Shown piece after piece: positions 38,985 to 52,922 of a DNA stretch of 64,000 nucleotides (positions within the stretch are counted from its first letter, which is position 1; each line of letters begins with the position of its first letter). The stretch lies in assembly GCA_028534125.1 (NCBI GenBank), contig CM052817.1:23004001-23068000 (forward strand). Direction: 5' to 3'. Made by a program: the position numbers and the translations under genes. Under the pieces are notes generated by a model. That model ran no database searches, had not been told where the DNA came from, and worked only from the letters and a program-made list of their open reading frames with translations. This stretch comes from Lama glama (taxonomy: Eukaryota).

Positions 38985-40980
38985 AGATTACCTATATACT
39001 TTCTCTCTACCCTCTTCTACCCCACACACAGCCTCCCTCAGCATGAATATCCTGCATCAGAGTGGTGCATTTATTATAAAGCAATGACCCTGCATTGATA
39101 CATCATTATCCCCCAAAGTCCAAAATTTACCTTAGGTTTTTCCACTTGGTGTTGTACATTCTATAGATTTTGTGAAATGTATAAAGACATATATCCACCT
39201 TTGCAGCAACATATAAATTAGTTTCACTACCCTGAAAATCCATGCTTTATGTATTTATCCTTCCCTCCCCTAACCCTGGCAACCACTGATCTTTGTCTCC
39301 ATAGATTTGTTCTTTCCAGAATGTCATATAGTTGGAATTATATAGGAAGTAGACTTTTCAGACTGACTTTTTACTTGTTAATATGTATTTATGGTTCCTT
39401 CATGTCTATTCATGGCATGACAGCTCATTAATTTTTAGCACTCAATAATATTCCACTGTCTGGATGTAACAGTTTACTTATCTGTTCACCTGCTGAAGGA
39501 CATCTTGGTTGCTTCTCGGTTTCAGCAATTATGAATAAACCTGCTATAAAATTATGTGCATGTTTTTTACTTCCTTTGGGTAAATACCAAGGAGTGCACT
39601 TACTGGATCATTTGGTAAGATTATGATTAGTTTTCTAAGAAACTTCCAAACTCTTTTCCAAAGTGACTGTACAGTTTTACATTCCCACCAGCAATGACTG
39701 AATGTTTTTGTTAAACCATATTCTTACCAGCATTTGGTGTTGTCAGTGTTTTGGGTTTTGGCCATTCTAATAGAGGTGGTATCTCTTGTTTTGATTTGCA
39801 ATTCCCTAATAACATATGATGTTAAACATCTTTGCATATGCTTGTCATCTATATATCTTCTTGCTGAAGAGTTAGTTCAGATATTTTGCCCATTTTAAAC
39901 TAAGTTGCTTGTTTTCTTATTGAGTTTTAAGAATATTTTTGTATATTTTAGGTAACTATTCTTTATCAGATATGTGTTTTGCAAATATTTTCTCCCAAGT
40001 CTGTGGCTTGATATGTAGATTTGCATTGTACTCTTAGGCCTATGATCCATTTTGAGTTAATTTTTGTACATGGTGTGAAGTCTATGTCTAGATGCTTTTT
40101 TTTTTTTTGGCATGTGGAACTATTCAGTTGATCTAGCACCATTGGTTAAAAAGATTATCTTTGCTCCGTTTTATTACCTTTGCTTCTTTGACAAAGATCA
40201 GTTGACTGTATTTATGTGGGGCTACTTCTGGGTTCTCTGTTGTGTTCCTTTAGTAAGTCTTGACATTGAGCAGTGTCAGTCTGCAACTTTGTTCTTGTTT
40301 AATATTGTGTTGGCTATTCTGGGTCTTTTGTCTCTGTACATAAACTTTAGAATCAGTTTGTAAATTTCCAGAAAATAATTTTCTGGGATTTTGATTTGGA
40401 TTGTGTTTAACCTGTAGGTCAGGTTGGGGAGAACTGATTTTGACAATATTGAATCTTCCTGTTGATGAACATGCACTATTTCCTCATGGATTGAGTTCTT
40501 CAAATCCTTTCATAAGAATTGTGTATTTTCTTCATGTATATCTTAATTGCAAATTACACTTATTCATTCCTGGTATATAGTAAGGTATATAGCAATTGAT
40601 TTTCGTTTATTAATGTTATATCCTGCAACCTTACTACAGTTACTTGTGCCTTTCAGGAGTTTTTGTTGTTGTTGTTGAGTTTTATCAGTTTCTACATAGA
40701 TAATCATGTCATCTGTGAACAGACAGTAAGACAGTTTATTTTTTCTTTCCAAATCTCTACATTTTTACTTCTTTTTCTTGTATTAGTTGTAACTTTTAAC
40801 ACAGTGTTGAAAAAAGAGTGGTAAGAGGAAACTTTCTTGCCTTTTCCTAATTTTAGTGTAGGAAACTTTGAGTTTCTCACTATGAAGTATGCTAGGTTTA
40901 GGCTTTTGTAGATGTTTTGTTATCAGGTTGATTTTGTCCCCTCTATTCCTAGTTTTCTGACAGTTTTTATTATGAATGAG
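38985..40980 (-). mobile_element. L1MC1-like LINE (3' UTR and ORF2 end)
   Basis: CATCAGAGTGGTGCATTT, CCCTGGCAACCACTGATC, TACATTCCCACCAGCAATGA. Minus-strand ORF 40276-40503 (LTYRLNTIQIKIPENYF...LILKF...PRIANTIL) is L1 ORF2-like. Confidence 0.9.
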
Positions 40981-41185
40981 TAATGGAGCCTCCCTGCAAC
41001 CAAATTTAACTTTATAAGTAATAATCTTATTTAATGTTACTTCACTACATGCTAATGCAACTTTTATTTTGTGCAAATAATGCAGAAGCAGCATTATTTT
41101 AAGCTAAATCTATCATGAATTTGTTAGTGGGATTTTATGAAATGTTGGCTAATATCTACCTTAACACTGTATTAGGGTAAACTAC

Positions 41186-41700
41186 TGTGGGAAGTAGAAT
41201 AATGCCTCAGCTTCCAAAGATATCCATGTCCTAACCCCTGGAGCTTTGAATATGTTACTTTATATGGCAAGAAGATTTTTCACATGTGATAAAAGTTAAA
41301 GATTTTGTAGTGGTAAGATTATCTTGAATTACCTGGGTGAGCCTAATATAATCACTAACGTACTAATAAGAAGGATGCAGGACAGTCAGAATCAGAGTAG
41401 AAGATGTAAAAACAGAAACAAAGGATACAAGTACTAAATTTCTGCCTTTGAGGATAGAGGAAGGAAAGGTGATATGAACCAATGAATCCATGTGACCTGT
41501 GGAAGTTAGCAAAGGCAAGGAAACAGATTCTCCCCTACAGACTCCAGAAGGAATGCACAATTGCTACTGTTTTGGCCTTAAGACCAACAGAATTGTAACG
41601 CAATAAATTTGTGTTCTTTAAGTCATTAGGTTTGTGGCAATGTGTCACATTGCCACAAACACATTGTCACAAAAATTTGATGGCAGGAATAGGAAATTTA
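41186..41700 (+). mobile_element. MaLR LTR (MLT1D-like)
   Basis: AAAGATATCCATGTCCTAACCCCTGG...GGCAAGGAAACAGATTCTCCCCTACAGACTCCAGAAGGAATGCA...AATAAATTTGTG. Confidence 0.85.
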
Positions 41701-43289
41701 AATTTAAACCACTTTTCGTTATATTACTGTAAAATTAATTTGGGAAAACCAACTAGTTATTTGTTTGCCCTATAGAACACTTACATAATTTAAAGCAAAT
41801 CCTGGCTATTTTTTAAGTTCATCACAAATAATTCCTTTTTATTTAAAGAAATGTGTTCTTTTTAGCCATCTGTACTTATTAGGCTTCTCTGTACAAAATT
41901 AAGCCTTAATATTACATGGCTGCATTCAACAAGTTGAATAGACCAGCTGCTCCACTAGGTTTGCCAGGAAGTACAATTTTAATTACATTCAACTCAATAT
42001 TTATCAAAAGTTCGTCCAGCTGAGAAAATACGTGAAACTGTTGGGGAAAAAAAAAAACCAATTTATTCCCACTTGTGCTAAAAAGATACCAAGATTCAGT
42101 CATATCAGCTGGTATTTGGGTTCTTATAATAGTATAGCTTTTTTCTTCCCGATTCCAGTCATCCTTTTCATTGCCTCATAAGTAATTGTCCTTGTTTAAT
42201 AAAGGCTCTGTTGAGTCATCCTGAATGATGTTAGATCCTGATGGATCAGTTGTTTCTTTTATATTTTGTGGATGTTTTAGACATAAGAGTTCCTTTTTGA
42301 GTAATCATTTAAAAGCTTTAGAAAAAGCTTGCATTTAATTTGTGGTAAGAAACAACATCTAAGTTTGAAATAGTCATTTAATCCTCATTATTAAATCTCA
42401 GTTATACTCAGCCCTGTTTTTATATCTTATAAATTATTTTAATTTATTAATTTTAATCACATTTTATGAACTCTTTTATAAGCCATATTGAAATATTTAG
42501 GGGCATAAATAACTAATTAATTACTCAAGTTAAATTAGTGAAAATACACAATCTCTAACCTACATTTTTAAATACTGGCAGTAATAATGAGAAAATACTA
42601 GGATTAATTTGTATAGGAAAAATTTTCCAGCATGAGAGTTGAGTTAGGGTTATACTGTCATTTTTCTTAATGTAAGCATTACTTATTATAATTTCCTTTC
42701 AGTTTTTTTTAATAGCTTCACAATTTTTCTTGATTTCCTGATATTCACAGACAGTTGAATGAGCAATTTCTTTTGGAAACTTACTGACTCCATTAATTGT
42801 TATTTTATAATTTGATTTTGCATGTTATATTTTACTGAATCATTTTTCCTTCAAAATAAAATTTGAGTTCATGAAGACAAAAGCTCTCTCTATTTACTTC
42901 ACTTTTTGTTTTACTCTTTCATTATGACTTTCTTGCTTACATTTTTGTTGCTTTCTCTGGGGGTTGGCACACTTAATAAGCCAGGTCAGGAGAACAGAAT
43001 CTGCTCTAAACATTCTCAGTGTAAAAGACTTAATATAGGAATTAAAAATTTGATGGCTCTTAGAAAAGCTGACAGTAGAGTAAAAATCAAAAGAGTGAAA
43101 AGATAAAAAGTTGCCAGCTAAGATCAAGAATGCTCATATTGAAGATGTCCCTTGAAATAACAATCTCAAAATCACACTGAAAACTGTTCAGAATCTCACT
43201 ATAATTCAACTAGTGCCCTAACTTGAATATAAGATAGTTGTAGCTGTGAATTTGATTTGTATCCTAATTTATCCACATGGAGGATCAAA

Positions 43290-43737
43290 CTTTAGGGTTT
43301 CTGCTCAGCAATCTCAACCAATAAGAAGTGTGTGTGTCTGTGTGTGTCTGTGTGTGTGTCTGTTATGGGGAGAAGAGAGACAGATAGGGAGAGAGGATGC
43401 GAGGGAGAGAGTAAGAAGTTATTTTTTAAAGTTGGTTCATGCAATTGTGGAGGCTTGATAAGTCCAAAATGTGCAGGATGGGTCAGTAGACTGGAGATGC
43501 AGGAAGACTTGAACTTTGAGTCCAAAGGCAGCATGCTGGCAGTATTTCTTCCTTCTCAAAAGAAAGTCTTTGTTCTGTTAAGGTCTTCAATTCATTGGAT
43601 GTACCCCACTTGCATTATGGAGGTCACTCTTGATTTCCTCGAAGTTCACCAATACAACTGCTAATATCATCCAAAAATATCATCTTCACAGAAACATCCA
43701 GAACAATCTTTGATCAAGTTGACACAGCCATACTACA
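43290..43737 (-). mobile_element. MLT2-type (ERV-L) LTR with internal (TG)n/(GA)n tract
   Basis: TTGGTTCATGCAATTGTGGAGGCTTG...AGTCCAAAGGCAGCATGCTGGCAG...CTTCACAGAAACATCCAGAA; microsatellite 43328-43392. Confidence 0.8.
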
Positions 43738-45567
43738 AGCTTTCAGTTTCTCTTTTTATTTCTTGTTCTCAGAACTTAAAGCCACGAGCTTAATGCTTTA
43801 TAATCCAATTTTTTCCAGTGCAGTCAGGTGTCATCTCATATTATAACCTCTTTTATTTTAATTTTACATAAGATTGTATTATTGCTTCAGTGTGGCATCT
43901 CAGATCTCATCCTTCTTTAGTCCCTTGAATACATGCAAATAGAATTTATGTAACTAACTTGGCCCTTGCCTACCAGGGTGTCATTTAATATTAGTAATGG
44001 GACCATCACTATCTTCAGTTCTAATCAGATCAAATAACTTATTCTAGATCCCCATGTTTAAGGTTCTGTTCCTTCGAGACCACTTTCATTAACACAAATT
44101 GAGTTAAATGGAGGCCAGTTAATATAGTCCGAGTATAGAAGATTTAATATAGGCATTATGGACTTATATAATATTTGAAGATTGGATAGCGAAGGTCAGG
44201 GATGCAGGTGCTGGAATTCAGAGAAGCTAGATCTGAAGATCTGATCCTACAACACTAAAAAGAGTAGTTTTCACGTTCTCCCTACAAAGCTATTGCAGTC
44301 TGCAGGAATCAGTACACAACTAAACAGGAAATGTGTCTTGAGGAAACATAAATGGAAGACTCTCTTCTGCAATTCAGAGGAGACCTTTGAAAGGAATGTC
44401 AGTGATGCCAAGTTTATAACAGTCACACATATAAATGTCTAATATGTGGGAGGAAATCAGTAAATATGTGCGTAGTTAAATTGATTAGTTTCATTACTGC
44501 AGGTGCTATGAAGCAACATTTAAAACCATCTGGTTTACTCCATAAAATGGAACAGCCTACTAATTATGTCTGCTAAGATACACATAGCCAAAATATCACC
44601 ATCTCGTCCAATGATCATGGAATATGGTATTTGTCAACACAAATTATTTTGTTAAGAGTGCTGCTCTTGGAGTAAAGGTCTGTGTTTGATACTTGGTGTA
44701 ATATATTTCTCAGAGAACCTAGTTTTCTTTCAAGGGGAACCCTCCTAACAAAGTGTCTGGTACCTAAGAAATCTCACTAGATGTATCATTTAAAGTCAAA
44801 TAGCCATGTGAAAGTATCTACCTAGCAAATGACCCATTTCTTTAGAACAAATTGACCAATTCAAAAGAAATACAGCAAAATTCTACAGTGCAAGATGTTA
44901 CGTGCAACCCTGGAAAGTTTATCTTCCTGACTGGTTTTATTGTTCCTGCCACAAGCTCTTACGCTAAAGCTGAAAACTCTAAAATAGCAGTAGTCTCTTT
45001 GTATATTTTGGTATAGGGCCTTGTATTCTCCCCTGCAATTTCAGATGCCAGTTCGGAAGAATAGGGACAATGCCAGTGAGTCTGATTTGAGTCTGTTCAG
45101 CCTGCCTGAGGGATTGACCCTGAAAAGAGATCCTGAGGCTAAGCAGAAGGCATAAATCACCAAGTGATGTTCAAGAAGGCCAAACTGAGAGAGAAAGGGC
45201 ACAATCTGAGATGGAAGTCACAGGCTAAACCAGAGGCCCAGGGTTAGCAAAGTATGTATGTAGAAATAGAACTGAAAGCAATAGGACAGTTGAAAATACA
45301 GAGGTGTCTGTACAGTAGGTTAGAAATGAGGAGAAATTGCCTATCAGGACAAAACTTGCCGAGGCTCCAACTCTGGCAGTGGTATTTATTTGATTAAACT
45401 TAGTTGGCCTTAAGATTACAGTCTCTCAATACCCATTTCAGAACCTATATAAATTAAGAAAAGCAAGGCCCTTGAGCAGTTCTTTCCAGAAGGATATAGT
45501 ATGTTTTTTCTAAGCCATGTTGTCTCCTTCAGCAATGAATTCTCAAATTCAGCTCCATGTAAGGGGA

Positions 45568-45663
45568 CCCTCCCTCCCTCACTCCCTCCTTTCTCTCTTC
45601 TTTCTTTCTTTCCTTCATTCTTTCCTTCCTCCCTTCCTTCCCCCCGCCCTCCCTCTCTTTCCC
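45568..45663. repeat. Polypyrimidine (CCTT/CCCT)n low-complexity tract
   Basis: Directly visible C/T tract. Confidence 0.8.
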
Positions 45664-45879
45664 TAGCTTCATTTAATCATTTCCCCTTTAGCCCATTAGC
45701 CCAGCATGTGAATGTAATGAGTAAGTTCTAAGCTTATCAGCTAGTGCCTGAGACAAAGCACATTAGTTTTTGGAAATCAAGTCTTTCCTCTGATCAAAAT
45801 TTTTTAGTGTTTTCCCATGTTGTTAAAATGCTTTCCAGATTCCTAGAAAATCTTAGCACGTCCATCATGGTCCAACATA

Positions 45880-46360
45880 ATCTTGCCATTGCACGTGTCC
45901 AGAACGTAATTTTCCGCCACTGGCTCTGTTAATATACTCCAGCCACACCAGCTTGCTTCCTCTTCCTCAAACATGCCAGGCTCATTACTGTCTCAGCACT
46001 TGGCATTTGCTGCTTTCTCTGTGTGGAATTAATGCCCTTGGAACTGACCGTGTCTGACTTTGCATAATCATTCAGATCTCAGCTCAAATAGACAATTTTC
46101 AGAGTCTCTTCCTGATGCTTAAATCCTGCCTTTACCCAGTCATTTCCTCTGCATCAGTTCCCTGTTCTGTTTCTCTACCACAATTCATATCTGAAATTAT
46201 CTCAATTATTTGTTTAGCATTGGTGATCACTTCATCTCTTTTAAGTGTCAGAGATGCAGTTTGTTTCCTTTGGTGCTGTCCTGGCGCTGGGTCAGGTTCC
46301 TAGAGCAAGTGTGTTTGTGTGTGTGGAGGTGTGGTTATCCACATATACACGGAATAAATA
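45880..46360 (+). mobile_element. L2 fragment
   Basis: CTCCAGCCACACCAGCTTGCTTCCTCTTCCTCAAACATGCCAGGCTC...CATTCAGATCTCAGCTCAAAT. Confidence 0.65.
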
Positions 46361-47139
46361 CAGGTTTAATTAATTGATTAAATCTCTGTATCTTAACTCT
46401 TTTCACATAACACTGCAGACCCACTAGAAACTTTATCATCTGCCAAAAATCTCCCTAAGATTCCTGAAGCCACCCAAAGGAGACATACTGTCTAACCAAA
46501 ACCAGTGTGCTCACTTCTGAGTGCAGCAAGAAGAAACCCAGGACCTAGGTACTTCTTCCAACCGATGCTGCTCTTTTAATATAGAACTCTCGGAGCTGCT
46601 GTAGGCTGCAGATGCTCAGATTGCTTGGCACATCTCCATTCTTGTCCTTCTCCTGGTAAATGCTTCCAGTTTCCCAAATCTGGCCGGCCCATAGCCCTTT
46701 GTTAACTAAGCCAGCTCCTCGACTCGTACCCACTGCTGTTTCTCTCCCAAAGGCCACTTCTCATTTCCCTGAAAAGCACCCTCTGATCTCTGTGGGATCC
46801 TTTCTCTTCAGTTGCTTGTTTCCCTAATATCTTTGACCCAAAAGTGGACACAGGACTGCCTGTTAATTAATGGCTCACAATGACAATGGCTTGCACCTTC
46901 AGCAGTACTTTAAGTCAGGGGTGACCAAAGGGAAACAGGCAAACATAGGGACACATTACAAATGCTATTAGATGGAGCTTCTCTAACAGCCTGTGGACCC
47001 ACAGACCCACTGCTGATCTGTCAGCCAAGGAAGATGCCTCCCTGACCATTCCCAAGACCTCACTATGTGACCACAACTAGCTTACTGTCTCCTCACAGAA
47101 GTATCTTCGAATATGCCTAGGAAATGTGTGGATCAAACT

Positions 47140-47480
47140 TTTTTGTTAAACAATTTTGCTGAAGTATAATTGAAATGCAACAAACAACACATTTAAAGCA
47201 TACAATTTGGTGAGTTTGACATATCTAGACTCCCTTGAAACCATCAGTATCATCAGTATTTCTTTGACTCATGAGTTATTTAGAAGTCTATTTTAGCTTT
47301 AGGTATTTGGGGATTTCTTAGTTACTGTTCTATTATTGATTTCTGATTTAATTCTATTGTGATCGGAGAATATGTATGACTTGAATCATTTTAAGTTTAT
47401 TGAGACTTATGGCCCATATATCCTCTGTTTTGGTAAATTTTCCACATGATCTTGAAAACATGAATTGTACAGTTGATAAT
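47140..47480 (-). mobile_element. L1 fragments
   Basis: TTGCTGAAGTATAATTG...CATACAATTTGGTGAGTTTGACATAT and TTTAATTCTATTGTGATCGGAGAATA. Confidence 0.6.
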
Positions 47481-50400
47481 ATTTTTTAAGTATTCTTTAT
47501 GCCTAACAATTTTTTATAAGATGAAAAATTCTACTGTAATTGTGAAAATTGCATGTTCATGGCATTTATCTCTTTAAAAAGCACTATATTTGGTAATAAT
47601 TTTACTTTAAATTACTATATTTTGGTGACTTTATGTGCTGTTACAATTTTTTTAAAAACATTGCTCATTCTTATTGTTTTACTTATTCTGTTAAACATTT
47701 GCCTTGACAGTATTTTCACTGATTTGTTTTAAAAATTGATGTCCTTTGGCATGACATAAAAATTATGTAAAATGTAAATCTTTTGTAACAGAGGGATCTT
47801 AAGGAGAGAAGAATTATGTACAATGATCGAGTTCCTTTCAAGAAGACATCGCTATAAAGCTGTTCGGCCTCCATTTAAGTCTAGTTTCTCTCTATAAGCA
47901 TTATCTGATGTTTTGCATATGTCTCTTAGCCTATTTCTCCAATGTAAAATTAAGATAATGTTTATTTCAAAAATGTATAAGGATTAAACTAGAGATTACT
48001 CATAACTTTCTTGTCATACTGGGAACATCAACCTATGGCAGCTCTTCTATTGCTCAAATTTTGTTGTTCTTCTTATACATCAAGAAGTCACAAAGTAGTT
48101 CATCTCCTGGTGAAAAAAAGAGGTGAAATAGTTTCTTCTATTCCTCTGAACTTCTTTTCACATTCTGTGATTATAGCATTTCAAATGAAATAGACATGGA
48201 TGAAACTGAACATATATACACATTTGTACGCAGGCACAATAGTGTGACATAAATTTCCGATATATTTAGCCAAGTTTACAAGATCTTATTGAAAGGAGGA
48301 GACCATAAAAGTAGAAGAGACTGCATGTGACAGAATATATAGCAAGTAGGTTAGCAGCCAGATGCTGGTGGCATTATATGAACAAGGTAAATACAGTACA
48401 TTGGCAGAGTTTAATTATTGACATAATACTGCATTTTTATGTCAAAACTTACATTATCTTTCCAGAAGAATTTCCAGTGTCAATCTGTACTTCCTTTTGA
48501 GAGAATGCTGACAAATACTGTGTTCTAAGAAACACCCTGTCACATTCTCTGCTGAAGGAAGGAAGGACAATTACTGGTATCGTGATTTTGACACTATCTC
48601 AGCCTTCATATTCCCCTCTTTCTGGAAAAGCTTATCTTCATAATAAATGATACATGAAGCTCTATTTCATTATGCCTTTAATTATTTCCTTGTGTTATCC
48701 TATCAAGTAGATTTGAAGTACATATATGGAAAAAGGTTTTATTTCTTCCACTGGATTCAGTAAATATTTGTATGATTTTTAATGGTTTTACTTTCAAGTG
48801 AACTTTCATTGCAAATTATATTTACCAAAAGAGACTTCCAAGTGTAAATATATTGAGATTAACATAATTAAATGTATTATACCTATAAACATTAAAACTA
48901 GATAGTTTAAATATGAAATGATCAGAGGCTTAAATGTTCAGAATTCACTCTTTTATATAATACATTTCATTTTTTTAATCTACATAATTCCCTTAATACA
49001 CAAATTAAATATGTGAATATCAAATGTGGTTCAATATCTGTAAGAGCACTTTATCATTCTTGTTGGATATCTTTTGATTTTAATATTTTTGATACTTTAT
49101 ATCTTCACCTACTATATGGATTATACAATTTTAATAGAATTCTACTTTGGCAGAATCAAAACTAGAGAGATTTTGAAAACACATAACCTATAAATTTCAG
49201 AGAGTAATTATAGTGAATAATGAAATTATCTATCAAAATCCAAAACCTTAAGTGCTAAGAGAAGATGTCATTGGCCAGAATGTTAAATATCCAGAAAGTT
49301 TACTCAAATGACAGTTGAGTTCCTTTACAAAAACACTATTTTATTATGCCATCATCAATTTTGCTTATATAAATCTCTGGATTACGTTTGTTCTTGAATT
49401 GTATTGTTACCACAAATGAGCATTTGATATTCCTGGATAGTACAGGAAAACATGAAGAATGATTGGAAGTTAAAATTATTTTCATATTCTCAGAAGCACA
49501 TGAAAACAGGAAAAATAACTGCTTCAGAATTATCTATTATGCAGATTATAATTTCACAGTTGTTTCTCACATCACTTACATCATGCCTGCTAATAAAAAA
49601 AAATAATTCTAGCATAACTCGAACAGTGACTGAGCTGCCAAAAATATCACTGCCAATGAATTAAATCATGTTGTTTATAATAATTTGCTGACTTTTAATA
49701 TGAAAAAAGTACTTTGTGGAACTAATGCTGATGCTAATTCTGCATTTTTATGCTCTGAAATGACAATGATATAATGAAAAATGGAATCTCATCTTAGTGT
49801 GCATTTTGGATGCAAAGCACACAGATCTTACAAAAGACATCTTGATTGAAATCTGTTCAAAAGTAAAGTTTTTAGAAAAACTAAATACTCATTCTTAACT
49901 ATATGCCTGTGAACCTCTACACTATCAATTATGTGTGGGAGGGGGGTGGAGCTTGTAATAAGTGGTACAAAACAGAAATACTTAGTTTTATGGCTATATA
50001 CTGAAATGTATGTGCAAATTTTAATTAAGACACTAACAATAAAATGTGAAGCTTAATTTTACAAGGTAAATCTAATACTGTGATTTCTAGCATTTTAGCA
50101 GTAATAGCATTTGTTCTCGATTATTTAGTAACTAGTTGTTAATTTAGTTGATTTTGTAGCTCTTTGACCCATGTTATCCAATCCTTTTGGGTACTCTTTA
50201 GCATATGAAAAGCATGGAATAAAAGAACACCAAACTTAAATTATCTAAGATTATTGTTGTCATTATTATTATTTTCACTCGTTAACAATTCTGTTATTAT
50301 GCTTAGTGACAAAGCTGAATAGAATGAGATTTGCAGAAAACCTGCCAACTGAAAATTAGCATATTCACAAATGTCAAAGGAAATCAAGACCTGAATTATC

Positions 50401-51158
50401 TTCATTCTAAACTGTTGTCTAAAAAGAAATGGTAAGAATCAGATTTAAAAAAAAATTCAAAATAGTGAGATGTTCCAACTAAAATTGTTTCCTTATATTT
50501 CTGGTCATCTGTCCATTAGAAAACTTAGATATTTCTTAGTAAATGTTCATGGATTTCTCAGGTATAGATTTATAATTACTTTTCAGAATGGATTAACCAC
50601 TTGCCTGGACTTTACACTTTGTCCAAAACTTAAATATTTCTTAAGAATACAGTTAAAGATCAAATTCTTTAACTTGTAAAGATCCTTCCTTAAATTCTCT
50701 ATTATTTTATTTCATTCATTCAGCAACCTTAAGTAGAAAATGAGTAACTTAATTTCTCAAATAGATGTTGTTTGGTTATTGCTTTGTTTTGAAATTATCT
50801 AAGCCCAATGTATAAAAAATTAGATGAGTTAATAAAGCCATAAATATTTTAAGATTTAGAACATGCATGATATCCAATAGTGAGTTACTTTTCATTAATT
50901 ATATACTGTCCATTTGTATCTGCTTTACTTAATAAACATGTTTAGTTTATTCAAAATAAAACCAAGGAAATCCAGAGAAATTTTCTTAATATTCTTGTTC
51001 TAGTCTCATCTTTTAACAGGTCACTCAATCATGTGCCAATGAGAATGGTCTTTCTTTGTGCCTTTGCTGCCACCTAAGTATAGATTGTCATTCAATGCAA
51101 GGCTAATGATAGAGCCTTGCAGTTAGGATTTTTTAAGTAATTTGCGCCATTTTTTTTT

Positions 51159-52912
51159 CTTTTTTTAAGTAAAGGTTGATTTACTTAGAGAGATATAATG
51201 AAAGGCAAGAGAAAGGCCAGGAGGTATGGGGGTTGAGTGCTCAGATTAGAGTAAAAGTAGGTACACACTCCATAGACAGAGTGCTGGCCGTCTCTGAAGT
51301 GGTAGAGAGAGAGGGCAGCAGCCATGAGGTGCTGTGTTGCCAGTTTTTATGGGCTTGGTGGCTTCATTTGCTAATAAGAAGAAGGACCAGTCTAACTAGT
51401 TTGGGGAAGGGACTGAGATTCCCAGGAAGTTGGCCATTTCCCACTCTTTGACCATTTGTGGCTAGCCTTGGGATTGTCAGGGTGCCTGTGGGCATGTTAT
51501 TCACCATGTTGATAAATTACAATGGGCGTATAATGAAGCTCAAGGTCTACTAGAAGTTAAATCTCCCACCACCTTGAGCCTCAAGGCCTACTGGGGGTTG
51601 AATCTCTCACCATTTCGATGTTAATTGCTATAGCATTCCTTGACTGGCTGTGCCTTGCCCCCTTCCTGTCTCATTCCCCCCTCAGAAATTTTACTTCCAT
51701 AATCTTATGGGGTTGCAGAGGTGTGAAGGTCCATCTTCTGAAACTACTTCCAGGCTGAGAAGGGGCGTTGACCTTGTCTATCAGGGAGTAAAAATCTCTC
51801 AGTGTCTAATTGAGGGGCCCCAGGGGCAGGACAGCCTTTTGTTTCTGCATCCGAGGACTGAGGGTATGGGCTGGAATCCTTACATAGCCATCATCTGATG
51901 TGGGGCTGCTGTAGCCCACTGTTTCCAGTGACTTTTGATGAATTTTCTTAAAGATGAAGCACCTTTGTAACAGCAGTTTGACAGTCTGTAACAACAAAAA
52001 GACTTAAAAGTCATAGTTAAACAACTGCAGTCGATAAAGAGACTTATTTGTAATTACTAGAACTATGATTGATTATATTTAACTTAACATATTTTTAAAA
52101 AAATCCAAGTTAACTTAATAGCTAAAATGCCTCAGGTTTCCTTTAAAGCACCTCAAAGTTAGCTGGAGCTGTAGAATTTTTAGAATTTGTTAAATACTTA
52201 AAATCCTGATTATGTATTAGTATTTTTTTAATGAAACTCTTTTACTGAAAACATACAGATTTTCCACTGTATATTCAAATACTTATTTTTGGAGCTTTAA
52301 TTACATATTATAATTTTAACCCTTAAAACCCTTAAATCTCTGGCAAAAACCAAAAAGCAAGCAACTGTGAATTGGCTGTCATATCACCGTTTCCTGAGTG
52401 GAAACTTATTTTTTTTTTTTCTCCTAAGGCAAAAATAGTTAAACCTAGACCTACAGTTAATGTTATAATATATTTTAAATGACACAGATAGTGAAATTTC
52501 TGACTTAGTTTTAAGCTTTAAGTACCAAAATTTGAGAGACAATTTTAGGTATTTCCAAAACAAAACTCCTATAGAGTTTACCCAAAATCGCTTATTTTGT
52601 TACTTTTTCAAATTTTTTTTTTTTTTACATTGAGTTACTTTTCTTGTTGACAAATTTGTAACAGTTTTTTAAGTTTTACTTACCTGGGCTTTAGGGTTAG
52701 GGCTTCCTTAGCAGCCACCCCCTTCCCCCTATTTCTCGTATAAACCAAGCTCTACCTTTCATGTACTGGGGGCATATTCCCTCTCCTGTAAGTTGGAGAC
52801 CTCCTGTTTGTCTCAGTAAATGTTCCTGTGCCTGAGCAGTTTCTGACTCACATTGGTGATGGTTTTGCTTATATACTATGTTATACAAAATAATTATATT
52901 GCTTAAAAATTA
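51159..52912 (-). mobile_element. 5'-truncated, polyadenylated ERV1-like copy (internal 3' region + PPT + U3-R only)
   Basis: On the minus strand: PPT GAGGGGGGAA (51683-51674), LTR start TGAGACAGGAAGG (51673), CATAAAAA (51351-51344), AGTAAA (51185-51180), then 13 nt and an A tail. Flanked by ATTTTTTTTT at 51149-51158 and 52913-52922. Confidence 0.75.
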
Positions 52913-52922
52913 ATTTTTTTTT

